Source: Styela clava
Lineage: Eukaryota
DNA length: 64,000 nt
NCBI RefSeq assembly: GCF_964204865.1
Contig: NC_135257.1
Location: 7,192,001 to 7,256,000, forward strand
Direction of reading: 5' to 3'
The position numbers and the translations under genes were made by a program. This document shows, in pieces, positions 54,701 to 64,000 of this stretch. Below the pieces are notes generated by a model that did no database searches, was not told the origin of the DNA, and saw nothing but the letters and a program-made list of their open reading frames with translations. Positions within the stretch are counted from its first letter, which is position 1, and every line of letters starts with the position of its first letter.

Positions 54701-57700
54701 TAGCTTGGAATATTTTTATTTGAAAATGTATTTTTAAGGATTTATTATCTAATGATATACAAAAAAATTAGCAACTACTGACAAAATAAAACAAAGAGCT
54801 CTAATTAAAACAATCTTTATCTCAATTATTCTGCATGACTTAATTTTGATTTCTACAAATTTACAATTGTCTTGAAGAATTTATTATTTGAAGCAGACCC
54901 ATTTTAGAAAATATTCGATATTTGAAAGGATTATTTTAGAATGTATTCGAAATACTGAATTATTCGGTTGGGTGCTTCGGTTGATCTACATAGACATAAA
55001 CTGCCAAAATGGCAATAAAATCATTTCTGCTTTTTCAACAATATATTACCGGAATTTAATATATTCAAGTTTAAAATATGTTTGCATTTAAATAAGAATT
55101 AGAAAAAACTCTACTTTTTTAAATAGACGTCCTTGTAAGTTTCAATCCTAGAAGTGATAGGCATTCAAGCTCACATTAATAACTGACAAATCATAGATAG
55201 TGATACTTATGAATAATCACATATATTTAAGTTTGATTTTAAGTATGATTTCATCCGTGATTCATTTCATATTAATCATAAGAAATAGACCTGGGCTTGC
55301 ACAACGATCTGGAAACTCATCTGGAATTTTTTGACAAAATTTGGTGTATAATATTAGATATACATTTTACATCCCAAATTTTCAAATTGAAAAGACTTGA
55401 TGATCTATTGCGAAAAGATGTGATATTTATTCAAACAATAGCGGAAATATTTATTGAACTGATATTCTTAATTTTAACTTGAATTTTTTTTTTACAAATG
55501 ATCAGACAAAACTAGCTTTTTTATGCAAATCAATTTGCCCATTTCGAGATTGAAGCGGTTTTCCGACAATCATATCACAAGCCCAGGTCTAATCATGTAA
55601 TCAAGAAAAAACAATTTATTTCAATTGTTTTATTTTTTTTTTTCATCCAATTTCACCTTGGTTCCGATGTGTGACTGACAGCAGATGACCTTTATATTAC
55701 ATCAAACAAAAAAATGATACAGAAAAACATATACAATAAATGTACTATACTAAAGCTTATTCAGCTTCTGATCATCATTGATCGGCTATGCCACAACCCA
55801 CCGTAAATTCCCTTCATAAATCAGTCATATATATATATATAAGGTGTTCCAAAATGAAATGAGCCCACATAATTGGTGATCGTATTAATGAATTTCCTTT
55901 ATTTTGGGACACCCTTTATTTGGTATGACCATTGAGATCCCTGAATAACTTGGTGAAAGCAGCAAAAACAATGGTGTTTTTCAACAAAAGTATAATGTAT
56001 AAAAAATTTTGTTAAGTAAAATTACGGGAAAAAGCAAATTTCACAAATTAAAATTGGAGTGTCAAATAAGTCCTTTGACGAATCAATTTCTTTTTATATA
56101 AAATTGAAATGTTTGAACACTCCCACAGTCAAACTCATATATCGTACAATTTCAAAGATCCGTAAGAACTTATTCAACATTTCCACTGATAATAGATGTG
56201 ATAATAAAAACACCAGGAGTGCTACTACTGTGAAATGCCATTAGTAGAAGCTTCAAATAAACAAAAATTTTTTGAAATTTCCAATTTGTATAGTAATGAC
56301 GAATTGCAAGCATACAGCAAAATAGTTTCATTTTGCTTGGAAATAATAAGAAAAGAATTCCGTCACCAAGATCTGATGATGCTATTTTGTGAATTTCTAC
56401 ATAAATAGAAAACGAACACCATACACATACATACATACACCATATCACACACCGACACACACCAGTCAAGCACACAATACAATATATTGATTGCGGTGCG
56501 TCATTCCCAAATGTGTGTGCCATGCGTTCATGTGAGTGATTGCTAGCCAGCAGTCGCATTATTGCTCATATAGGATAATAGCATAATTGTTATTAGTATG
56601 CTCGCCTTGTATTAAGCTATTGCAGATTGAAGGATTTTGAGCCACATAAAGTGCCACCCAGAGCCAAAAAGCAGCAGCATCATTCATTTTAAACAAATTT
56701 CAACTAGTTTATCAATAAATTTTTATTAGTTTTGTGGCCCACCTGAAAATTATTCTGTGGCCCAGAAGTGGGCCATGACCCACTGTTCGAGAACTGGTCG
56801 TCATTCTAGCATTTCTTACCCACATTCAAGTTTATAAATTACATAAAAAAGATTACACTAAAACAATACAGTACTTTGAATTCAGAGGCGCTACATTTTT
56901 GAATTGATGTATTAAGGTCAACTCCATTGATGATGACAATGGCAAATTTAGATTTAAATAAACACAATATGGAAATTGGTCAGGGTACTATCAAAGTATC
57001 AGTGAATACCAAAAATGAAATTGATGACATTTTTATTCCTGCTTAGAAGTGGATAACAGATCAACAGAAAGTAAGTGAACCCCAACTCTGCAACCTGCAA
57101 TAGCATAATAGCTTGGAAAGTATGCTAATGGCATTGTCCAATATGTATAATAAAATTTTCATTACTGCATTTTACAAAATATTTAGTTAAAAACACTCAC
57201 AAAGCCTTGAAAACTGCCAAATATGGAAAAAACAAGCTTCGTAAAGAATAATATTGAAAATCAAATACAGCAACAAAATGGCATAAGCAGCACTCGCATG
57301 ACAATCACAGCAACCGCTTATCATTTGCATGATTTTTCTACTTACGCCGCTGTTAATTCAGAACCATCTGATGCACGACTGATAAATCTATGTTGTGAAA
57401 ATTATTCTCATTAGTAAAATAAAGAAAGTTATAAAACGGTCAGTGGAAAACAAAATAATCATTGCATATTTAGTAGCAGAAGATTGCCTTGGTCAGTTCT
57501 TGTATCATTATTTTTGCGCTTTGACCAGTTTAGAAAATATGGCTATTATACATTCAACTTCATATTTTCTAATATGGCTCCAATTCAAGTATAAACCAGA
57601 ATGCATACAAGTCAAATATTAGCGCCTGAAAAATTTAGGTAAAAACACTTTAAATCCAAATTATTTTGAGACATACAATCAAAATTAGTGTTTTTCAGAT

Positions 57701-60700
57701 AATTTAGCGTTTTTGCAGCAAAATTGTGGAAATACTCTACTGAATATCAAAACGATTTACAACAATATTCACGCTTAGCAAGGCATTTGAATTTTGACCC
57801 CTACATACTTGATGATTTCCTTTTTGTTTATTTTCAAACAAAAAAATCATAACTAACATCACTGAAAGAATGATTATTCTTATTAGTATTAGTTTGAAGT
57901 TATTCAATAATTTGGAATCAGAATCATTTTATCACATAACAGATAACCATCCTTCTTGAATTTATTTCCAAAATAACGATTCTATCTATTCCAATGGAAT
58001 TGAACAGTAATTATCAGTAACCAAGAAATATATTCAGGCATACCAATCACAGAAATAAACAAATGAATTTATTTGCAAAACTGTTTTGGTACTTGATTAC
58101 CATCCAGCAACACATTATCCAAAACAGCATACCAATGACCAAGCACACATAATAATAATCTAATAGGGTTGGAACAACTAGGGGCTAGATAAAATTGGGT
58201 GAGACTTTTTTAGAAACAATTTTGGGAAATGATAGAATTGCCAATATCAAAATTTGTTCATGTGATTTCGAGCCCGAATGACTTGGGTATTTATCCCCGA
58301 GGAAAGGAATGGCGACCACGACCTCTCGTCTAGATACCAGTCCATGTCGGGTATGTGAATAACTGGCCAGTAATTTGTTTCAAATGAATGGACTTGATGG
58401 TAGAGAAAGCCGTAACGGACCAGTGGTTGGTTAAATGAACCATTCTACGACATTGAGGAGTCCATCAATCCTCTCGCACAGAATTATTTTCCACAAGATT
58501 TGAACCCCCAAACATCTACAATGTAATCAGAGGCAAGTGTATTCCTAACGCTTAGAATGATGACCACACTGCCGAGCCGCATTGGTACTTGTGGGTTAAT
58601 GGCTAGGTCCAAACCCTGTTTAATGTCTATTAGCATTACAGTATAATTAGGTAGTAAAATAAAGGAGTATATTATACTTACTCTATTTCTTCCTGGAGAG
58701 CAGTCTTAAATAACTTGAGCAAGAGATATTCCTCTCTGACATTAGCTGCGTAGTTATATACAGATAGAATGACAGATTGCATGAAGTTTGTTGTTCGACC
58801 AGACGCCATTTTGAATATCAATTTTCCAAAGTAAGTTGGATTGGTCTGAGAAAGAAAAGAATTTTCGTGTATAAAGTATGGCACAAAATGTCAATAGGAA
58901 TTTTTGGAATTAAATACATTATGGAGTGAAAATTTTTTTTCCATATATATAAAACATTTCACATCTGGATCTTATAATTTGGGAGGGTCACACAGTAAAC
59001 AAACAAAAAAACAATGTCACCAGTAACAATTAATTAGTAAGAAAAGAAAATAACCTACAATGAGCTACAAAGTGAGAAAATTCTTCAAATAGAAAATTGA
59101 AATCGTGATGAGACTGCTAATCATAAAAACGAAATATGAACATATATGAAACGACACAAATATAAAAGGTCGTTGTTTTCTCTGTATTGCTTGTTACCAG
59201 TTGAGATGTTGTACAAAATCCTTATTTTTAAATGAAAATGTACTGAATTATTCCAAAATTAAAAAAATTATCATATCGAATCTAATGTATTTTGAATGTA
59301 TCCGAATATTCGATTCGTTTTGGACATCCCTAATTAGATTCATATGAAAGCCCACTGAAATGAAACATAGCATCGTGTAAAATATCCTGTTTCCTGAAAT
59401 AAAACTTAATAGACTTGAATTATAATTCCAAAAATATAAATTTTACCTGTAGAAGGTAGAATAGATGCTGATATGCTTCCAGTCTGACTCTGTTCTGCTT
59501 GTTCAGTGATTTCAAACCACTGGATATTTCTGATGCCTGTTGTTCCTTCTTTTTACGAAGATTTCTGCTGTGGTTTACCACATCCTATACCAATATCCAA
59601 TACAAGATTAAATGAAAACTCAGAATAAACGTCAAAATTATCTATCCTATGTATCAGCAAAGAGAGGTAAAAGAAGGTACCAAGAAGAATTAGATAGATA
59701 GGCATCAGACAGAAAAAAAGACCAGAATAAGGTTTTTCTTCTCTGCAAAATCCTTTTCCATCTCTATGTATATGTTTGTGAAATTTTCTACATTGAAACA
59801 AAGCCAATTTGGCATATATTCAACGTGCCAATTCATCGAATATTTTTTAAATTCCTAGTCAATAGTAAGTGATAAAGTTCACATGCAGTACATCATAAGA
59901 TCTAATTCAGTTTAGAAAATATGACAGGCAAAACCAAGGAATTTTTTTTCATGACTACTGATCAACAGCAATCAACTTTTTTTTTGGTTAATATAATACA
60001 CAAGCTAAATGTGCAATGACCATACCTGCAATGTGATTCTGTTTTTGACAAGAAGGCCAATCTTGATATCCATTGTATTCAATGCAGTTTCCAATTCATT
60101 GTTGGACTTGATATATTGAACAACTTTCTTCTTTAATTCTTGTAATTCTAAAAATTAATGTGCTTGTGCTGTAATTTAATCATTCTCCCATCACTATCAA
60201 GAGGCAGCACTTAAAACAATCTCTATATAAGTCTAACGACTTTCTTGCCATTTGAAATACAAAAAGATGGCTTCAATTTGCAGTTGAAAAATAATATAAA
60301 TACTGTATATCATTGCATATAAGCTGAGTGTAAAACTAAAAAAAAAGTTTAGTAACATGCATAACTCTGACCACACTAAAAACCTAATTTTTAGTAGCTA
60401 CAACTCAAACCATGGAACCATGAACCAAGTTCTCATGATAAAAACCTGCACGCACACACACATAGCAGCGCTTGGTATGCTATGACAGCAGTAACAGTCT
60501 GTGATTGGTTGTCATGATCGTGATCGCTGAATTTGAAGAATTTTGAGACACTTCTTACCGTTATTTATAAACAAAAAACATAACAATAATGGTTATCATT
60601 CTCATTAATTCTCTTTCGCAACTATTTGCTGTGATAGGTGCGTAAGACGTGTTACGATTTGTAGGGTCAACCTATATGCGAATTTCTATAAATTTATGAG

Positions 60701-63700
60701 AGAATCGGTCTCTATCCGGATACGGTAAATTTTATTCACAAATATTAGATAATTTATGATGCCATAAGCCCATAACTTACCAATTTCTTCAGCAAAATCT
60801 TTGTCTCTCTGGTCCAGCAGATGAACAAATTTTTGGACAACACTTAATGGTGGATTCTCAGCTCCAGCTGGAAATATAGAAATGACAAATATGTGAACAA
60901 AACTAAAATCTGCAAGTTTCGGTGCCAGTTTAGTGATAAACCATTTATACAATTACGGTCTCGTAACTGTATTTGACTGCTGTCCCAGATGACAGAAATA
61001 CTTTTGAAGACATGATAACAAATGTATAGACAAAAAATCGTTGTGTCAAATATTGTGAAAAATATCACCCCAGGGCTACGGATTTGGAGTACAGAACCGG
61101 AGATTAGCATGTTTTCACTAGAGTGGGAATCAATTTTCAAAACTATCATTATCACTATCAAAATTCACTTTACCGAGAGTCAGTGGGAGGATTATTAATT
61201 TTCCCCAACTGCAACTGCAATCCCTGATTCTGACAAAATCTTCTGACAATATTTTGTAATGCAATTAAACAGGACTAAGATATTTTTCAAAGAAACAAAA
61301 CAAATAACAAACGTACTCAGCGTTTTATAATCATGTCTTGCCTTGTTTGATCTGAACCAAGCTTGAATGCGAATGATATGGCGTGCCTAGAACATAAAAG
61401 ATATTTTATTAGTAATAGAATAATACACAATAGGTTACGAATTACCCAATACTACGAAACAAAAACTTACATTGCTAGCAAGATATTCAAGTCTAGTCTT
61501 GTATCTTGAACGAGCAAGCCACATACGAGCCCACTTTTGCAACTAAACAAGAAAAGAATAGGTTGTTAATAAAAAAGAACTACTGCAAAACAGCAAAGAA
61601 CTATGTAAATATTTTAAACCTAACTAAGCTAGAGATTGAACCTTACAACTTACTGGGTTATTTGAAAATAAACTAAGTTGGTTAATAAAATCGAAAATAC
61701 CAGATTAAATTTGTATAATCATTCTGCTTAGCGAAAATATCATCTAACATTCTTAGTGATATAACTATTGACTTCTTTGGGGTTGAAGGGGAAAAACAGA
61801 TTGTTTTTGTACACTTGTAAAAAGTGCATTGAATCGAATTCTACTATGCAATCTCTTTTCAGCATTTGAATTTACGTAAACCAGTTTGATTTGATAGAAA
61901 TTTCTGAAAATTTCTGGTGCACCATTGCATTCATTTCAACACAGTCATTCCACTGTTAAATGAGGGCAATTACATCAGATATTTGAGAATCAGCCATATA
62001 CTATGATGACCATAGAAAATATTAAACATGTTTGCTTTGAGTCTCAGGATAGTAAATTTACATAAAACTGACTCTGGCGGGAAAATTTCACTTTTCTACA
62101 TATGGATAAGAAATACAAACAACATGACTTTTCTAACCTTAATAATAGTTGCAATATTGTTTCTGAAGTATTCCAATCTATCTAGATATTTGGAACGTTG
62201 AACGTATCCTCTCCAGTGTGATTGTATCATGATGATGGCAGGAAGCTGTTGTGCAAATGAGGAGAGAAATGTTGAAACTCATAGCTATATTAATAATTTA
62301 AATCAGGGCTCTTCAAACTGGGGATTTATGGTGGGTTGGGAAAGGACTCAATTGGGGTCGCGGTAAAATATTGTTTGACACTAACCTATGTAAAAACAAA
62401 ATATCGATCAACTTGAAAGATTTGAAACCAGTAACCAACAAACTAGAGCAAGATTTGACCTTTGTGCGAGAATATGCAAGCACATCGATTTCATTGAAGG
62501 TATAGTGGAATTTTTTTTTTTTATGCTGTATAAGTAAATTTAACTTTATATTTATTTTAGTTCATGGGGTCGCTGTGCCAAGTGGGTCGTAATGAAGAGA
62601 GTTTGAAGAACACTGATCTAAACTATTATTTATAATCATGTTTCAAATACAAGGCATACTGATTTTTGAGACATTTGGTTGTGGGTATTCGAATTATGGA
62701 ACAAAGACTTTAAATGTCAATCGTAGAAAGAACTCCAATGGAAAAATGTGATTAAATTTTTTATATTTTTTTTATATCACATTAAGAAAGAAAACACTGT
62801 TACCAAACATATCCAAAATACTCCAAAGTACATGTTCCAATATAATACACTTGAATTTTTACGGATCCACGTTTTATTAACTACCGTACTTCAAGTCAGC
62901 TGATCAATTTGGTTATGCTTACCTGGCTTTCAATATAAGCAAGTCTATCTTTATAGGCTTTTCTAGCCAAATACATGCGACTGAAAGATTGTAATTTAAT
63001 AATGACATCTTCATTATCTCTCCATAACTGTGCTCTGTCATATGCAGCAGATACCATGTCAACACATTCCTAGAAGAATATAACAAAAGTTAAAAATAGC
63101 AAATTATATTTCAAAACAGTTGCAATACCTTAAAAATTGGTTACAAGTACAAGCATATACAATATATTTTTCTTAAAATACAAGCATAACAGACATTATT
63201 ACATACTTTGTTATGAAATTTTCATAAATAATATTGAAATTAATTTTAAATTTGTTATATTTGATATAAAAAATACTTTGATCTAGAATATTTTTATCTG
63301 CAAAATTGTTATTTCATGCATTTGACCACTCATGGTCAAACAAAAAAATTATTCAATTAACTTCAGACAATTTAAAAATTGTCATTTCATAATCGAAATA
63401 TATTTCAGACTAATTTAATCTACAGGGTGATTAAAAAAACAAAACCCAGGTCATTTGAAACATATTCTAAGCTAGACAGAACATAACTTTCATGCAAAGT
63501 GTCCTAGAATACTGAAACTTTTTTTTGCAACCATACATTCATTCACATACAACCATCAACCATTTTTTCATTTTTGTAGGATAATTCAGAAATTTATGGA
63601 TTCTTTTTTTTGTGTCACTCGTTATTTTTGATATCCCTCATCGTAATGTACATCATCTGAGAATAAATATTTCTCATGGTCTAAAATTTGATAAAATATA

Positions 63701-63894
63701 TACATACAAAATATGTATTCCCTATTGAGAAGAATTAGAGCAATATAAAACCTTGATTTCATCTCTTGTCAATTGTGCTGGATTTTCATTCAGTTCATCA
63801 GGTTTATCCCAGCTACCTTCCAAGGTTTCAGTGTTAAAATAATAATTATATCCTTCCTGTGTTTCGTACGCCACCCACGTCTCATCCTTGCAAC
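18740..63894 (-). CDS. IQGAP: IQGAP-family scaffold, 5'-partial: WW, 4 IQ motifs, RasGAP-related domain and RGCT C-terminus
   Basis: Frame-consistent exons in transcript order: 63752-63894 (WW: WVAYETQEGYNYYFNTETLEGSWDKP), 62923-63069, 62138-62245, 61471-61542, 61317-61386 (IQ motifs LQSFSRMYLARK, IQSHWRGYVQRS, LQKWARMWLARS, IQAWFRSNKARH), 60781-60867, 60026-60147 (MDIKIGLLVKNRITLQ), 59447-59584, 58682-58845, 53123-53243, 51690-51793, 51163-51303, 50671-50755, 50154-50321 (YYRYMNPAIVAPD), 49477-49544, 49190-49322, 48580-48682, 45396-45543, 44421-44508, 24617-24847, 21401-21570 (DIRNQRRYRQRRK), 20805-20906, 19196-19307, 18740-18856 (DLLQLQYEGVAVMKMF..NVNLLIFLLNKKFYGK*). Confidence 0.97.
20525..20804. 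repeat. Diverged tandem duplication (period ~152 bp) abutting an IQGAP splice donor
   Basis: cttgaactcaa..ccg.atctgaat....aattccagacacacaactt.attc...aatatgataag starts at both 20525 and 20677. Confidence 0.85.
21092..21237. repeat. Local duplication of ~60 bp
   Basis: tagacagt(atgt)gggcttgattcttaggg...taagatgtacactg occurs twice. Confidence 0.85.
22642..22945. mobile_element. hAT-type MITE, decayed
   Basis: Starts taggggtgggcacc...ggagggc; ends ggccggatttggcccggggtcgggagccgtatattgccc, typical of hAT MITE subterminal repeats. Confidence 0.6.
25252..26304 (+). mobile_element. Non-autonomous hAT element (~1 kb) with a nested small MITE (~25437-25637) and a SINE tail (~26054-26077)
   Basis: TIRs caggggtggccaac / gttggtcatccctg. 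GATCGAC-type subterminal repeats. Degenerate TSD taatacaa/atatacaa. Homologous in inverted orientation to 35687-36547. Confidence 0.85.
27628..32395 (+). CDS. Orphan rhodopsin-like (class A) GPCR with mucin-like N-terminal ectodomain, about 561 aa, nested in an IQGAP intron (GPCR-A)
   Basis: Exons 27628-28336, 28668-28840, 30127-30274, 30411-30568, 31146-31395, 31837-31939, 32251-32395 total 1686 nt in one open frame. Signal peptide MKYLRILLLILFCGC; TM1 ILLNCLL; TM2 SLAFAD; TM3 SIERFIAITWP; TM4 W; TM7 NPIIY; helix 8 FRDERFR. Confidence 0.92.
30641..30728. mobile_element. Small hAT MITE remnant
   Basis: cagggtttctctaac ... ggtttgagaaccactc. Confidence 0.55.
30837..31054. repeat. Local duplication of ~80-90 bp in GPCR-A intron 4
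   Basis: cggcgacc....agaggcgttg.gcttgta..gctgtac...aatactaatatgttctatcgc.cagtgt starts at 30837 and 30962. Confidence 0.85.
32023..32224. mobile_element. MITE related to the 1938-2174 family, in the GPCR-A-specific TM7 intron
   Basis: Right end aaaattatggccttaccctaacctggtacacatactacaggagta is near-identical to 2093-2131. Left end gctccagaagtgtacgtaccaatatgg. Flanked by a TAAATA direct repeat. Confidence 0.8.
33286..33653. mobile_element. hAT-type MITE
   Basis: TIRs agtggttctcaaac / gtttgagaaccact, with ggggcgc subterminal motifs. Confidence 0.8.
35055..35155. repeat. Perfect 50-bp tandem duplication
   Basis: gctttatatttttagttgaacagaccaagcagagttttgccctgagccaa twice, head to tail. Confidence 0.95.
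35687..36547 (-). mobile_element. Non-autonomous hAT element with perfect 8-bp TSD GTATAAAG
   Basis: TIRs cagaagtggccaac / gctgcccatccctg. GTATAAAG at 35679-35686 and 36548-36555 (central TA, Buster-type). 36098-36220 is the reverse complement homolog of ~25785-25893. Confidence 0.92.
37866..37921. repeat. 28-bp tandem duplication
   Basis: gtcatgtctacg(a/g)acttatttaattaaa x2. Confidence 0.9.
38613..43408 (+). CDS. Orphan class-A GPCR with ~440-aa Pro/Thr-rich ectodomain, about 835 aa, paralog of GPCR-A, nested in the same IQGAP intron (GPCR-B)
   Basis: Exons 38613-40059, 40753-40925, 41403-41550, 42110-42246, 42671-42926, 43062-43408 total 2508 nt in one open frame. TM1 IVGNSLL; TM2 SLGFAD; TM3 SAERFVAIKWP; TM7 NSFVNVLIY; helix 8 VRDQKFR. 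The 173-nt and 148-nt exons match GPCR-A in length and phase. Confidence 0.92.
39192..39368 (+). repeat. Coding 18-bp minisatellite (CCACCCGGTGTCCCTATT)9 plus a degenerate unit, encoding (PPGVPI)9-PPDVP
   Basis: Directly visible. Unit 5 (39264-39281) carries two synonymous changes (CCG, GTT). Confidence 0.98.
44297..44397 (+). mobile_element. tRNA-SINE fragment, plus orientation, with ATCCT tail
   Basis: ggccgtggttcgctatatgat...aatatgtaaatcctatcctat is the reverse complement of the SINE 3' end at 47091 and 11675. Confidence 0.7.
44746..45061 (+). mobile_element. DINE-1/HINE-like non-autonomous Helentron element
   Basis: Subterminal IR actcatcgatc / gatcgataagt, 5' stem gatcttaagatc, (TGTC/TCTG)n microsatellite, cgcgatatctc core, 3' hairpin cggtttctaaccg then ctagt, in T-rich flanks. 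Confidence 0.75.
47091..47418 (-). mobile_element. tRNA-derived SINE, near full length
   Basis: Minus-strand head GGTTCGACGGTGTGGCGCATCGTGCTAAGCATTAGGAATACGC (A-box-like), then GTTTGAAACCC (B-box-like), and an ATCCTATCC tail. Colinear with 58288-58578. Confidence 0.8.
47759..47797 (-). CDS. Candidate 39-nt symmetric (phase 1-1) cassette microexon of IQGAP encoding (G)VTPTAKAPAGKK
   Basis: On the minus strand: pyrimidine-rich tract ...cgatcag|GTGTAACTCCTACTGCAAAAGCTCCTGCTGGGAAAAAAG|gtaaag. It is in frame with the phase-1 junction between exons 48580-48682 and 45396-45543. Confidence 0.6.
48034..48381. mobile_element. MITE with CAGGGATG termini and cgaatattcg subrepeats
   Basis: cagggatgtccaaaacgaat ... 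ggtttcggccatctctg, with actgta on both flanks. Homologous to 54619-54975 (ttatctcaattattctgcatga..., tttacaattgtcttga). Confidence 0.8.
48803..48976 (-). mobile_element. Internally deleted tRNA-SINE copy (head joined to tail)
   Basis: Head gcgtattcttaacgctccgcacgatgtgccacatctccgagtc, middle gcaatcccctcgca and tail gatttacatatcctgggaag all match the SINE family. Confidence 0.7.
49785..50055 (+). mobile_element. Helitron/Helentron-like repeat copy
   Basis: atatatgggcacgaag, aatctgtcacagta, aattttgatgac, aaaagtaatagacttctagc and aagcaattg are colinear with 52425-52755. Confidence 0.65.
51826..52380. mobile_element. Tc1/mariner-superfamily (pogo/Tc2-like) MITE with TA TSD; contains a hAT end near 52093-52125
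   Basis: ta|ctgtatttgctcgtttt...cccgg and cgggcggtaaaacgagcatacacgg|ta, with internal cggg..ttattcaa repeats. Confidence 0.8.
52425..52755 (+). mobile_element. Helitron/Helentron-like repeat, most complete copy in the window
   Basis: Head aacaagagagcgctgctgaaatatatggacatgaag; body shared with the 49785 and 14870-15600 copies. Confidence 0.65.
54619..54975. mobile_element. MITE of the 48034 family
   Basis: Starts cagggatgtccaaaacaaatcgaatattc; internal homology to 48034-48381. A right-end fragment of the family is also at ~59270-59332. Confidence 0.75.
55286..55591. mobile_element. MITE with 14-bp TIR TAGACCTGGGCTTG
   Basis: tagacctgggcttg ... caagcccaggtcta is a perfect inverted repeat. 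Confidence 0.75.
55841..55917. mobile_element. Tiny mariner-like MITE remnant
   Basis: aaggtgttccaaaat ... attttgggacaccctt next to a (TA)n run. Confidence 0.55.
58288..58578 (-). mobile_element. tRNA-derived SINE, diverged near-full-length copy
   Basis: Minus-strand head GGCTCGGCAGTGTGGTCATCATTCTAAGCGTTAGGAATACAC and B-box-like GGTTCAAATC. Colinear with 47091-47418. Confidence 0.8.
62304..62615. mobile_element. hAT-type MITE
   Basis: TIRs cagggctcttcaaact / agtttgaagaacactg, ggggtcgc subterminal motifs, degenerate TSD atttaaat/atctaaac. Confidence 0.85.
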
Positions 63895-64000
63895 CTTGTA
63901 GTAAATAAATAACAACCAGGTCAGAAATAGAAAACATTGTCATTTGTCACAGTACATATATATAGTAGATTGCAGTACATATAATATAGAGTAGGAAGGA

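Noticed and set aside
54177-57622. Several 60-130-aa ORFs in the 5.4-kb IQGAP intron, possibly another nested gene
   Set aside because: AT-rich low-information translations, mostly with non-ATG starts or overlapping MITEs, and no consistent exon chain.

Overview
This is AT-rich, intron-containing animal genomic DNA, not prokaryotic; the ORF track is mostly exon fragments and noise. The compact introns, dense MITE/SINE content and vertebrate-like IQGAP suggest an invertebrate deuterostome such as an ascidian (inference only). I assembled four spliced genes by hand from GT-AG boundaries with consistent reading frames. (1) A CLCA-family zinc metalloprotease/vWA protein on +, 19 exons from 2518 to 14854, last exon unresolved. 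(2) The 3' part of an IQGAP gene on -, 24 constitutive exons plus a candidate 39-nt microexon, from the WW domain at 63894 to the stop at 18740; the 5' part lies beyond the window. (3, 4) Two paralogous orphan class-A GPCR genes on + (27628-32395, about 561 aa; 38613-43408, about 835 aa), both nested antisense in one 19.6-kb IQGAP intron. The GPCR pair is the most unusual system. Each has a signal peptide, a long mucin-like stalk and a shared C-x-YP-x7-CI-x11/12-CE-x-RG module before TM1. Both lack the TM3-ECL2 disulfide cysteines and the CWxP motif, and both have a Cys in ECL3. The second also has a (PPGVPI)9 repeat and NVLIY instead of NPxxY. Introns carry hAT, Tc1/pogo-like, Helentron/Helitron-like and tRNA-SINE elements, plus MITEs with 6-bp TSDs and telomere-like repeats.
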